Assembly (NCBI GenBank): GCA_045597865.1 | Contig: JAZLKX010000046.1 | Coordinates: 27,796 to 91,795, forward strand | Reading direction: 5' to 3' | From: Bacilli bacterium | GTDB taxonomy: Bacteria > Bacillota_I > Bacilli_A > RFN20 > CAG-826 | DNA: 64,000 nucleotides | In this document: positions 38,071 through 46,668 of the stretch, one piece after another | How the letters are laid out: each line of letters begins with the position of its first letter | How positions within the stretch are numbered: the first letter of the stretch is position 1 | Notes under the pieces: generated by a model | The model's input: the letters and a program-made list of their open reading frames with translations, nothing else | What the model was told of the DNA's origin: nothing | The model's database searches: none | Program-made: the position numbers and the translations under genes

Positions 38071-38649
38071 ATGATAAGCAAGTTTATTGAGTACGAGGAT
38101 TTCAAATTGCAGTATAACAAAGAAATCCTCAATTACAAAGTAGTCGCAGAACTATACGAGAGCGACAAAGGAAACGAAGATTTATTCAAGTTGCATTTGA
38201 AGTTAGCGCATCTAATGTACTATCCATTAAGTACATACAGAACAACAGCTGACGAAGAAGAGCGATTAGCAGAAATATTACACGACGAAGAGTTGAGTAA
38301 TTTTAGAAAATCATCTTCTTTTAAAAAGTTCTTAGCTTTCTACAAAGAGAGAATATCAAAAGAGCTTTCTAGTGCAAACGTGCTAACAAAAGCACAAGCG
38401 GTGTTAGACAAGTTGGAGCGTTACCTAGATGAGATTGATTGGAACGCAACTGACGAGAATGGTAGATTGATTTACGACCTAACCAAAACAATGACAGCAA
38501 TGAAGCAGATACCCGAAGTTACTAAAATGTATAACAAGGCATTGTCTGACTGCTATCAAGAAATGGTTACTGAATCAACCGCAAAGGGTAAAGATAATAA
38601 GAAAGGTGAAACTGAGGACGGATTTGATGATATAGAAGAAGATGAATAA
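38071..38649 (+). CDS. conserved protein upstream of TerL (possible terminase small subunit)
   Basis: overlaps TerL start; helical. Confidence 0.45.
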   Translation: MISKFIEYEDFKLQYNKEILNYKVVAELYESDKGNEDLFKLHLKLAHLMYYPLSTYRTTADEEERLAEILHDEELSNFRKSSSFKKFLAFYKERISKELSSANVLTKAQAVLDKLERYLDEIDWNATDENGRLIYDLTKTMTAMKQIPEVTKMYNKALSDCYQEMVTESTAKGKDNKKGETEDGFDDIEEDE

Positions 38650-40882
38650 ATTACAGAGTACAGAAGAGGAATTGGATCTTTTGAATAAGCCACAAGAGGT
38701 CAGAGAGCAATTCTATGATTTTATGAATACCGTTCCGATGTTAAGATGGCTTGTTAGTGATGCTAGACCAAGAGCGTGTGATTTACCTAGAGATGATAAA
38801 GGAAGAATTATAGTAGATGTAACTAAGCCTCATATCCTAGAGGATATGGACTATTTTAGACCAACTGCTCTAAACTTTCAAAAGTATGGTAAGTTATATC
38901 CTTATCCTATTAATACAGAGTTAGATAAGCGTAAGTACAAAGAATGGTATCAAGAAGAAATAAGACGTTGTTGGTATGGTTACGTAAGAGAGAGTGATGG
39001 AGAATGGATAACAGGTGATTGTTATTTCTTTTGGAACTATTGTCCGATTATGTTATCAAGAATGATAGAAGGAACAAAGATGGCGGAACGTATAATAGAT
39101 TTTCCCGAAGTATGGGAAGGACACTATCTAAAATTCCATTATATCTATCAAGCAAGGTTAAAAGGAAAGCATGGAGCAGAATTAGCAAGTCGTGGTAAAG
39201 GTAAGTCTTTTACAATGGCAAGTATGTTAGCAAAGAGATTTCTAATAGGCGAAAGCAAAAAAGCAAGTAGAAAATTAGCTTCGTTTGCATCAGCATATCA
39301 GAAGGAGTATCTAACAAAAGACGGTTTACTAAGTAAGTTCCAAACTTATATAGACTTTTGCACGGAAAGCGCACCTCATTTCCCTATTAGAAGATTGAGG
39401 AATAACCTCCAAGAAATGCAATGGCAAGCTGGTTACGAAGACGTTAAAACAGGTGTTAAAAAAGGAACTTTGAATGAAGTAATAGGTGTTACATCGAAAG
39501 ATAACATATCTAAGTTAAGAGGCAAGAGAGGCGCCCTAATAATTCTTGAAGAATTTGGGTCATTCCCCAATCTATTACAATTATATGGAAACCTTAGACC
39601 ATCGGTAGAAGATGGCGATAGTGTGTTTGGACAAATATTCTGTATGGGTACAGCAGGTGATAAAGACAGCGATTTTCAAGGCGCTTGTGAGCTTATGTAT
39701 AACCCTACTGGTTATAATATGAACCCACTACCTAATGTATTCGACAAGGAAGGACAAGGACGACCTTCGTTTGTATTCTTCTTTGGTGGATATATGAACA
39801 GAAAAGGTTGCTACGACAAAAATGGTAACAGCGATGTAACAAAAGCATTGTTGCAAATATTAGAAGAGCGTTATAATGTCAAGTATAACACTTCTGATGT
39901 TAATGCTATTACAAAAGCTATATCCGAAGTTCCTATTACTCCAGCTGAAGCAATATTACGTAGCAATAGAAATATCTTCCCTGTTATAGAATTAACAGAA
40001 AGATTAAATCAACTAGACATTAATCTTCACTCTTACGATGATGTTCACGTAGGAGATTTAGTATTCCGTAATGGGAAGGTAGAATTTAGTCTTGGAACAA
40101 ATATGCCAATTAGGGAATTTCCCCTACAAAACAACAAGGCAGAAGGTGCATTGGAAATATTCTCTATACCTAAGACTGATGCAGAAGGAAAGGTTTTCCC
40201 TGATAGATACATAATAGGACACGATCCGGTGGACGACGACGTAAGTTCCTCATTATCACTGACTTCCACATTTGTACTAGACCTTTGGACAGACGAAATT
40301 GTGGCTGAATGGACAGGTAGATTGATGTTTGCAGAAGAGAATTTTGAAGTGGTAAGAAAGTTATGTTTATTTTATAATTGTAAAGTATTATATGAATCTA
40401 ATAAAAAAGGATTGTATGCTTACTTTGTAAAAATGAACTGCTCGCATCTTATGGCTGATTGTCCAGAATATCTTAAAGACAAAGACTTGGTAAAGGTACA
40501 ACTATCGGGTAATAAACTTAAAGGTGTAAATGCAACAGCACCGATAAATAACTATGCTAATACATTGATTAGAGATTGGCTAAGAAAACCTATCACTATC
40601 ATTGAGAAAGACGAGAATGATAATGATATTGAAGTTACAGTAAGTAATCTGTATAGATTAAAGAATAGAGCGTTGATAAAAGAATTGATAAACTTTAATC
40701 CACAAGGAAACTTCGACCGTATTAGAGCATTAGGTATGGTTATGCTATACAGAGAAGAAAAGATGATTATGTATGGTGGTGATGTACGAAAGGCTGTAAG
40801 AGTTGAAGATAAATTTTTTGAAGACGATTTCTTTAAGAAATATGATAGAGTATTAGAGGTTAAAGTTCGGTTTGGATTTTAA
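38642..40882 (+). CDS. terL: terminase large subunit
   Basis: ASRGKGKSF Walker A, IILEEFG Walker B, GTAGD, IGHDPVDDD nuclease, NFDRIRA. Confidence 0.93.
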   Translation: MNKLQSTEEELDLLNKPQEVREQFYDFMNTVPMLRWLVSDARPRACDLPRDDKGRIIVDVTKPHILEDMDYFRPTALNFQKYGKLYPYPINTELDKRKYKEWYQEEIRRCWYGYVRESDGEWITGDCYFFWNYCPIMLSRMIEGTKMAERIIDFPEVWEGHYLKFHYIYQARLKGKHGAELASRGKGKSFTMASMLAKRFLIGESKKASRKLASFASAYQKEYLTKDGLLSKFQTYIDFCTESAPHFPIRRLRNNLQEMQWQAGYEDVKTGVKKGTLNEVIGVTSKDNISKLRGKRGALIILEEFGSFPNLLQLYGNLRPSVEDGDSVFGQIFCMGTAGDKDSDFQGACELMYNPTGYNMNPLPNVFDKEGQGRPSFVFFFGGYMNRKGCYDKNGNSDVTKALLQILEERYNVKYNTSDVNAITKAISEVPITPAEAILRSNRNIFPVIELTERLNQLDINLHSYDDVHVGDLVFRNGKVEFSLGTNMPIREFPLQNNKAEGALEIFSIPKTDAEGKVFPDRYIIGHDPVDDDVSSSLSLTSTFVLDLWTDEIVAEWTGRLMFAEENFEVVRKLCLFYNCKVLYESNKKGLYAYFVKMNCSHLMADCPEYLKDKDLVKVQLSGNKLKGVNATAPINNYANTLIRDWLRKPITIIEKDENDNDIEVTVSNLYRLKNRALIKELINFNPQGNFDRIRALGMVMLYREEKMIMYGGDVRKAVRVEDKFFEDDFFKKYDRVLEVKVRFGF

Positions 40883-40944
40883 CATTTAGAATTAAAGAAT
40901 AATATATTTATTTTTTTAAATTATTTTTGTAAAAAAAATACATT

Positions 40945-43545
40945 ATGATAAAAGGATTACCTGCACAAAAGTTATCATTTTCTTTGAAAGGTGATGTATG
41001 GAAAAAGAAACATTTGGATTGGGCAGAAGCCAATTCATATCAACATAATAGTCTTGTACGTAAAAGCCAACGTAACAAGAAGATAAACTACGACCTTATG
41101 AATGGTATTTTGGATATGAGTGATTTATATAAAACACTTGATCCCGAAAACCTACAATTTGATAGTGAGAAGATAGAACACTATCCTGTTATGAACTCTA
41201 AACTTCAAGTATTATTTGGAGAAGAGAAAGAACGTAAGTTTAATTATAGTGTTATAGTAACAAATCCGAATGTTATTACAGAAATAGAAGAAAATAAAAA
41301 GAGAGATATTTTAGAGTGGCTAGAGAGCTTTATAAAAACAAAAACAGAACAAGCACAACAAAAAGCTCAACAGCAACAAATGCAACAAGATAGTGTTCAA
41401 CAAACACAGCAGCAACAAGAACCTGAATTATCTCCCGAAGACGAAGCAGAAATAGAAAGAGCTCGAAAATATTTTACCTATACTTGGAAAGATATGAGAG
41501 AGCTAAGAGCAAATTCGCTTATTAATCATTATAGCAAAGAACAAAGTTTTGATATAATTTTTAATGAGGGATTTAAAGATGCTATTATCTGCGGTGAGGA
41601 AATCTATTATTGTAATGTAGTAAGCGGTGAACCAAAGCTAGAACGCATTAATCCTCAGAAGATAAGTATATATATGAGCGGATATTCTAACAAAGTAGAA
41701 GATGCTGATATTATAGTCTATGAGGATTATTGGTCACCAGCAAGAATAATTGATACCTATTATGATGTACTATCGGACAAAGATATTGAAAAGATAGAAA
41801 CTAATAACTTTGGTACTGAATACGACCACGACGAAATGAAGAATGATATTCCTTCTAATCATTTTAGGCGTGTAGATGAACTAGACCAATTTGACATAGA
41901 AGAACTATTTAGTAAGCACGTAAGTAGCGATGGACCTTATGACCTAGACGGAAACATTAGAGTAATCAAAATGTTTTGGAAGTCGAAAAGAAAAATCAAA
42001 AAGATTATTTATTTTGACGATGATGGTAACCAAGATTATACTTATATGCCCGAAGAATATCAAATAGACCAAGACAAAGGAGAATCGGAAGAGGTTTATT
42101 GGATAAATCAGGCTTGGGAAGGTGTTAAGATAGGTAAAGACATATATGTCAATATCCGTCCTTGCCCTAATCAATTTAATAGAATAAATAATCCTTCTAG
42201 ATGTCATTTTGGTTTTGTAGGAACTATCTATAATCTTAATGAAGGTAAACCTTATTCCTTTGTTGATATTATGAAAAGATACAATTACCTATATGATATT
42301 ACAGCCGATCGTATGAACAAAATGATGGCTCGTAACTGGGGTAAACTTGTTAATATCGACAAAGCACATTTACCAAAAGAAATAAGCATAGATAAAATGC
42401 TTTTGTATGCACGTAAGAATGGTTTTATTCTAACAAATAGTTTTGAAGAAGGACAATTTGGAGTAGCAACAGGTAAGATGGCAGGTAGTACAGGTAGAAG
42501 TCCTGTTCAAGTGATTGATGCTGAATTTGGTACTAATATCAATCAATACTACCAATTTATGCAGTATATCACAGAAGAAATGGGTAATGCTGTTGGTATT
42601 ACAAGACAAAGAGAAGCACAAACTGGAACAAGAGAAACAGTAGGTGGTATTGAGCGTAGTGTAATGCAATCGAACTATATTACTAACTGGGTATTTACAA
42701 CTCACGAAGAAACTAAAAAACGTACAATCGAATGTTTCTTGGAAGTTTGTAAATCGGCATTGAAACAAAATAAAAACGGAAAGAAATTCCAATACATTAT
42801 GGAAGATGCTAGCCGTAGGATTATGGAGATTGATGGCGATGAGTTTAGTGAATGTGATTATGGTTTGGTAGTGGAGAATGGCGAAACAAGTATGATTCTA
42901 AACCAAAAACTAGAACAACTTGCACAAGCAGCACTACAAACACAAACACTTAAATTTAGTTCGATTATTAAACTATACGATAGTTGTTCTATTGCAGAAA
43001 AGAAACGCCTAATCGAACAAGAAGAAGCTGAAAGAGAAAAACAAGCTCAACAACAAGCACAACAAGAGCAACAAGAAATGGAGCAACAAAGACAACAAGA
43101 AATGCAATTAATGCAAATGAAGATGCAACAAGAAATGCAAATTGCACAACTTGAAAGTCAAACTAAGATTAAGGTTGCTGAAATTAATGCACAAGCAGAA
43201 GCTAATAGACTTGCTCTTATGTATGACCACCCCGAAGACCATACAGTAGAACTTGCTAAGCTAGAACAACAAAAGTATGAGTTTGAACAAAATCAAGCGT
43301 TGAAAGCGCAAGAACTTCAAAACAAAGTAGAAGAAGCAGCTCAGAAACGTGAACTAGAATGGGCTAAGATTTTTAGTAGTAAAGAAAGTGATTTAAATAG
43401 TATTCAACTTCAACTAGAAAAACTAAAGAACGAAGATAAAAAGCTATCTATCGAAAGAGAGAAAAATAACAAACAATTTGATGTTGAAAAAGAAAAAATT
43501 AAATCTAACGAGAAAATAAGTAAACACAAAGCTAATAACAAATGA
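40945..43545 (+). CDS. portal protein
   Basis: LPAQKL, KKINYDL, YWINQAWEGVKIG, GITRQRE..ETVGG, long C-terminal coiled coil; follows TerL. Confidence 0.88.
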   Translation: MIKGLPAQKLSFSLKGDVWKKKHLDWAEANSYQHNSLVRKSQRNKKINYDLMNGILDMSDLYKTLDPENLQFDSEKIEHYPVMNSKLQVLFGEEKERKFNYSVIVTNPNVITEIEENKKRDILEWLESFIKTKTEQAQQKAQQQQMQQDSVQQTQQQQEPELSPEDEAEIERARKYFTYTWKDMRELRANSLINHYSKEQSFDIIFNEGFKDAIICGEEIYYCNVVSGEPKLERINPQKISIYMSGYSNKVEDADIIVYEDYWSPARIIDTYYDVLSDKDIEKIETNNFGTEYDHDEMKNDIPSNHFRRVDELDQFDIEELFSKHVSSDGPYDLDGNIRVIKMFWKSKRKIKKIIYFDDDGNQDYTYMPEEYQIDQDKGESEEVYWINQAWEGVKIGKDIYVNIRPCPNQFNRINNPSRCHFGFVGTIYNLNEGKPYSFVDIMKRYNYLYDITADRMNKMMARNWGKLVNIDKAHLPKEISIDKMLLYARKNGFILTNSFEEGQFGVATGKMAGSTGRSPVQVIDAEFGTNINQYYQFMQYITEEMGNAVGITRQREAQTGTRETVGGIERSVMQSNYITNWVFTTHEETKKRTIECFLEVCKSALKQNKNGKKFQYIMEDASRRIMEIDGDEFSECDYGLVVENGETSMILNQKLEQLAQAALQTQTLKFSSIIKLYDSCSIAEKKRLIEQEEAEREKQAQQQAQQEQQEMEQQRQQEMQLMQMKMQQEMQIAQLESQTKIKVAEINAQAEANRLALMYDHPEDHTVELAKLEQQKYEFEQNQALKAQELQNKVEEAAQKRELEWAKIFSSKESDLNSIQLQLEKLKNEDKKLSIEREKNNKQFDVEKEKIKSNEKISKHKANNK

Positions 43546-43865
43546 ACAAGATAAAAGATATTATAGTTAGTCTTAACGAGCCACAAAGACAAGATGTTAT
43601 TTGGTTAAGACCAAACGATAGAAAAATACTTTGGAATCCTAGGTATTTTAAATATCCGTGTGATAACAGCGAGATACACCATTGGCAGATAATCGGAGAC
43701 TACGAAAGTCTTGTTTCTATGCTATTTAAAATCCATAATTTGGAAGATAATGTTACTCAGCTTAATCTACTATGGGAACGTGCTGTTATGAAGGATAGCG
43801 ATATTATAAATAGTCTTCAAGAAAGAATAAAAGAGTTGGAAAAAAAAGTAGCACAAATAAAATAA
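43542..43865 (+). CDS. small virion protein, paralog of 21251-21523
   Basis: IIVSLNEP..WLRP..WQIIGD. Confidence 0.6.
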   Translation: MNKIKDIIVSLNEPQRQDVIWLRPNDRKILWNPRYFKYPCDNSEIHHWQIIGDYESLVSMLFKIHNLEDNVTQLNLLWERAVMKDSDIINSLQERIKELEKKVAQIK

Positions 43866-43899
43866 TTCAGCTCTTCAACCAAGATGTTGAAGGAGTAAC

Positions 43900-43942
43900 G
43901 GGGTCGTTTGATTAGTCTTGCGACCCTTGATTATTTTTTTTT
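43900..43942 (+). terminator. intrinsic terminator
   Basis: GGGGTCG/CGACCCT hairpin then T-rich run. Confidence 0.55.
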
Positions 43943-44002
43943 AATTAAAGCAACCAAATACTTATATTTGTAATAGATAAATACATTAAAATTATAGTTA
44001 AT

Positions 44003-44122
44003 ATGAAACATCATATAAAGAATAAAAAGAGATACAAGAATTATAATAAAATTAATAGTTGTAAACGTAAACTAGAAATCGTCAAAGCTAGATTTATAAA
44101 TTCTCTAAAAGATTTTAAATAA
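44003..44122 (+). CDS. small basic peptide (39 aa)
   Basis: MKHHIKNKKRY..., preceded by TATATTTG. Confidence 0.35.
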   Translation: MKHHIKNKKRYKNYNKINSCKRKLEIVKARFINSLKDFK

Positions 44123-44149
44123 ATTGATTGAGTTGTTATTTTTGGCAAC

Positions 44150-44626
44150 TCAATTTTTTTTTATAATCTTTCTAAAGTATATACTTATCAATTTATCAGG
44201 TATAATATAATTCCAATCAAAATCATTTATACTTTGAATTTGTATATAAGGAGATTTTGGATTGTTATTCCATTCTATTAATTCACTAGCTGTCCAATCT
44301 CCAAACCATTTAAATACAAATTTTACTAAATCGTGCATTTGATTGTTTGAAACAATATTTTTAATTCGACTATCATTTAAATCTATATCCATAAAATTTT
44401 TTAGTTTTGAAAGATATTTTCTAGACTTTGGGAAAACAGGACCATATAGCCATGCTCTTGGTTGCTCATTTACAATTCTATTATTAAACAAAGACAAATA
44501 AGCTCCATAAGCAATGTATAACAACTTTTGAACTTTTGTTGTATTCATTACATATCCTTCCTCGTTTGCCATTGCTATTATAAACAATGAAAACTCTATA
44601 CTATCGTAAGGTAATTCATTTTTCAT
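44150..44626 (-). CDS. Panacea (DUF4065/SocA-like) antitoxin-domain protein
   Basis: TKVQKLLYIAYG, RAWLYGPVFP, FGDWTASEL; own TATATTTG promoter element. Confidence 0.85.
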   Translation of the reverse strand: MKNELPYDSIEFSLFIIAMANEEGYVMNTTKVQKLLYIAYGAYLSLFNNRIVNEQPRAWLYGPVFPKSRKYLSKLKNFMDIDLNDSRIKNIVSNNQMHDLVKFVFKWFGDWTASELIEWNNNPKSPYIQIQSINDFDWNYIIPDKLISIYFRKIIKKN

Positions 44627-44741
44627 AATTGCAAATATATAAAAAAAAATTAATTTTTTTTCGTTTTCACACAATAAAAACAAAATCTATACGCTTTATA
44701 GGTATAGTTAATTTATTTATTAATCAAAAACTTATCACATC

Positions 44742-45437
44742 ATGAAAAAAATTTTTATTATTATTTTGCTAGGGATTATTAGCTTTTGTTGTAAAGGTCA
44801 AGAGGTAAATGAAGATGATTATTTGGTTATTGATGAAAATTTTTATGAATATGAGAAATTAGATGAAATGGTCAACAATGATAAAATTAATTTGATATTA
44901 AAACCTTTATATGTTATCTATAATTATGATAAACACGAAAAACAAATAGAACCATGTTCTGAAAGTGATTATTTAGTTATCAAAAAAGGTAAAATACAAT
45001 GTCAAATAGGTGATAATTTCTTATTTAATTTTTCAGATGATTTTAAGATAGATCATAAGTATATGACTAGTTGCCGTTCAAAAGATACTACATGGAATAG
45101 TATTTATTTTTCTTCTATAAAAAATCTTGAAGATACAATATTCAATCCTAATAATAGTGATGATTATTGGTGTGTTTATTTCGATAAAGATATGAATTAT
45201 TTAGTAAAAAAGCATATAATAAACTGCCATAAAGACAATAAGGACATAACTGGTTATAGTATAATTTTTGATTATGATGTTGTTAATGAATATATAATTT
45301 GTTATATTCGTTCAATTGGTATAGATAAAGATTATAAATATAAAGAAAAAATGGTAGGCGATATAACACTACTTTTTAAAAAATCAGATTTAAACGTATT
45401 AGGTAATTATCCTTTTCTTCCTTATCTTTACTTTTAA
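44742..45437 (+). CDS. exported/lipoprotein-like hypothetical protein
   Basis: signal peptide MKKIFIIILLGIISFCC. Confidence 0.6.
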   Translation: MKKIFIIILLGIISFCCKGQEVNEDDYLVIDENFYEYEKLDEMVNNDKINLILKPLYVIYNYDKHEKQIEPCSESDYLVIKKGKIQCQIGDNFLFNFSDDFKIDHKYMTSCRSKDTTWNSIYFSSIKNLEDTIFNPNNSDDYWCVYFDKDMNYLVKKHIINCHKDNKDITGYSIIFDYDVVNEYIICYIRSIGIDKDYKYKEKMVGDITLLFKKSDLNVLGNYPFLPYLYF

Positions 45438-45500
45438 AATTAAAGTATAAAATTTTCCAAATATAATATTTATATTTGGGAAATTTTAATTTATAACAAT

Positions 45501-46547
45501 ATGGCACAAATTCCTTTAGATTTAAATCAGAAAATTTCACCATCTAGTCAATTAGATAGATGGACGCAACAAGATATTATAGACTTTTTATCTGCAATAG
45601 ATAATGATCAAGCTCTAATTGGAACAGGAGATCATCACCCAGGATATGTTAATGTAAATGGGAATGATATTTTCTATAATCCTGCTATGAATAGTAGTGA
45701 TTTTAGAATACAAAGAGGAGTAGATGAACAAGGTAACCCGGTTTATGACTATAAGTTAGATACTATTTTTGATAATATTGAAGTATTACCACAAAATTAT
45801 AAATTTTATGACGATGAAAAAGTTAGAAAATTTGCAGGAAGACTTAATAAATGGAATCTTTTGAATCTATTTTATAGATTAGGAAGTCAAAGAATAAATC
45901 AATTAGGATTAGATTACTATAGGAAAAATGGTAAAGGACCTACATATCTTGGCTTAATAAAACAAATGCCAACAGATATAAATGCTGTTTATAAAAAGGC
46001 AAACAGTAGTAATGGTGGGTTTGGTGTTAATCGAGCTGAAGGTCTAAATAATGAAAAAGATGGGTTTCTTTATTTAAATCATGATTTTTCTGAAAGAGAT
46101 TTATCAAAGGTTAAAGATGATACAACTAATCCATATCAAGCAGGTGATTTAAAACAATATCCTCCTACTACAAATGCTTATGGTGGTTACCGTGGTTATC
46201 GCCGTTACGACGATGGTGGTATGATGCCACCTGACCAAGGAATGGGCGGAGGAAGTCAAGTTGACCAAGTACTTGCAATGCTAAGCCAACTACCTCCCGA
46301 CCAACTACAACAAGTAGTACAAGCACTAATGCAAATGGCACAAGGCGGTGGAATGCCACAAGGCGACCCAAGTATGATGCAAGACCCAAGTATGGGCGGT
46401 ATGCCACCACAAGGAGGTATGCCACCTGAAGGAATGATGGCTTATGGTGGATATAACCGATACGCAAATGGTGGAAATATCCAACGCACAAGAGAGCAAA
46501 GATTGAATTATGCTTTCGGAGGATTGATTAACAAATACCGCAAATAA
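45501..46547 (+). CDS. putative virion cargo protein with GG motifs
   Basis: AYGG, YDDGG, YANGG, YAFGG; Q/M/G/P-rich segment. Confidence 0.55.
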   Translation: MAQIPLDLNQKISPSSQLDRWTQQDIIDFLSAIDNDQALIGTGDHHPGYVNVNGNDIFYNPAMNSSDFRIQRGVDEQGNPVYDYKLDTIFDNIEVLPQNYKFYDDEKVRKFAGRLNKWNLLNLFYRLGSQRINQLGLDYYRKNGKGPTYLGLIKQMPTDINAVYKKANSSNGGFGVNRAEGLNNEKDGFLYLNHDFSERDLSKVKDDTTNPYQAGDLKQYPPTTNAYGGYRGYRRYDDGGMMPPDQGMGGGSQVDQVLAMLSQLPPDQLQQVVQALMQMAQGGGMPQGDPSMMQDPSMGGMPPQGGMPPEGMMAYGGYNRYANGGNIQRTREQRLNYAFGGLINKYRK

Positions 46548-46575
46548 AAAATCATAAAATTATTTTTAAATTTTT

Positions 46576-46604
46576 AGGTGTAGGCTACGGCTTGCACCTT
46601 TTTT
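46576..46604 (+). terminator. intrinsic terminator
   Basis: AGGTGTAGGC/GCTTGCACCT + T run. Confidence 0.8.
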
Positions 46605-46668
46605 ATTTTTAGAGTTAGAATAAAGAATATAAGCAATAACTATTTATCTTTGTGAAAAACAGAATATT

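Noticed and set aside
38642-40882. Intron or intein in TerL
   Set aside because: Continuous 746-aa ORF with no intein or homing endonuclease motifs
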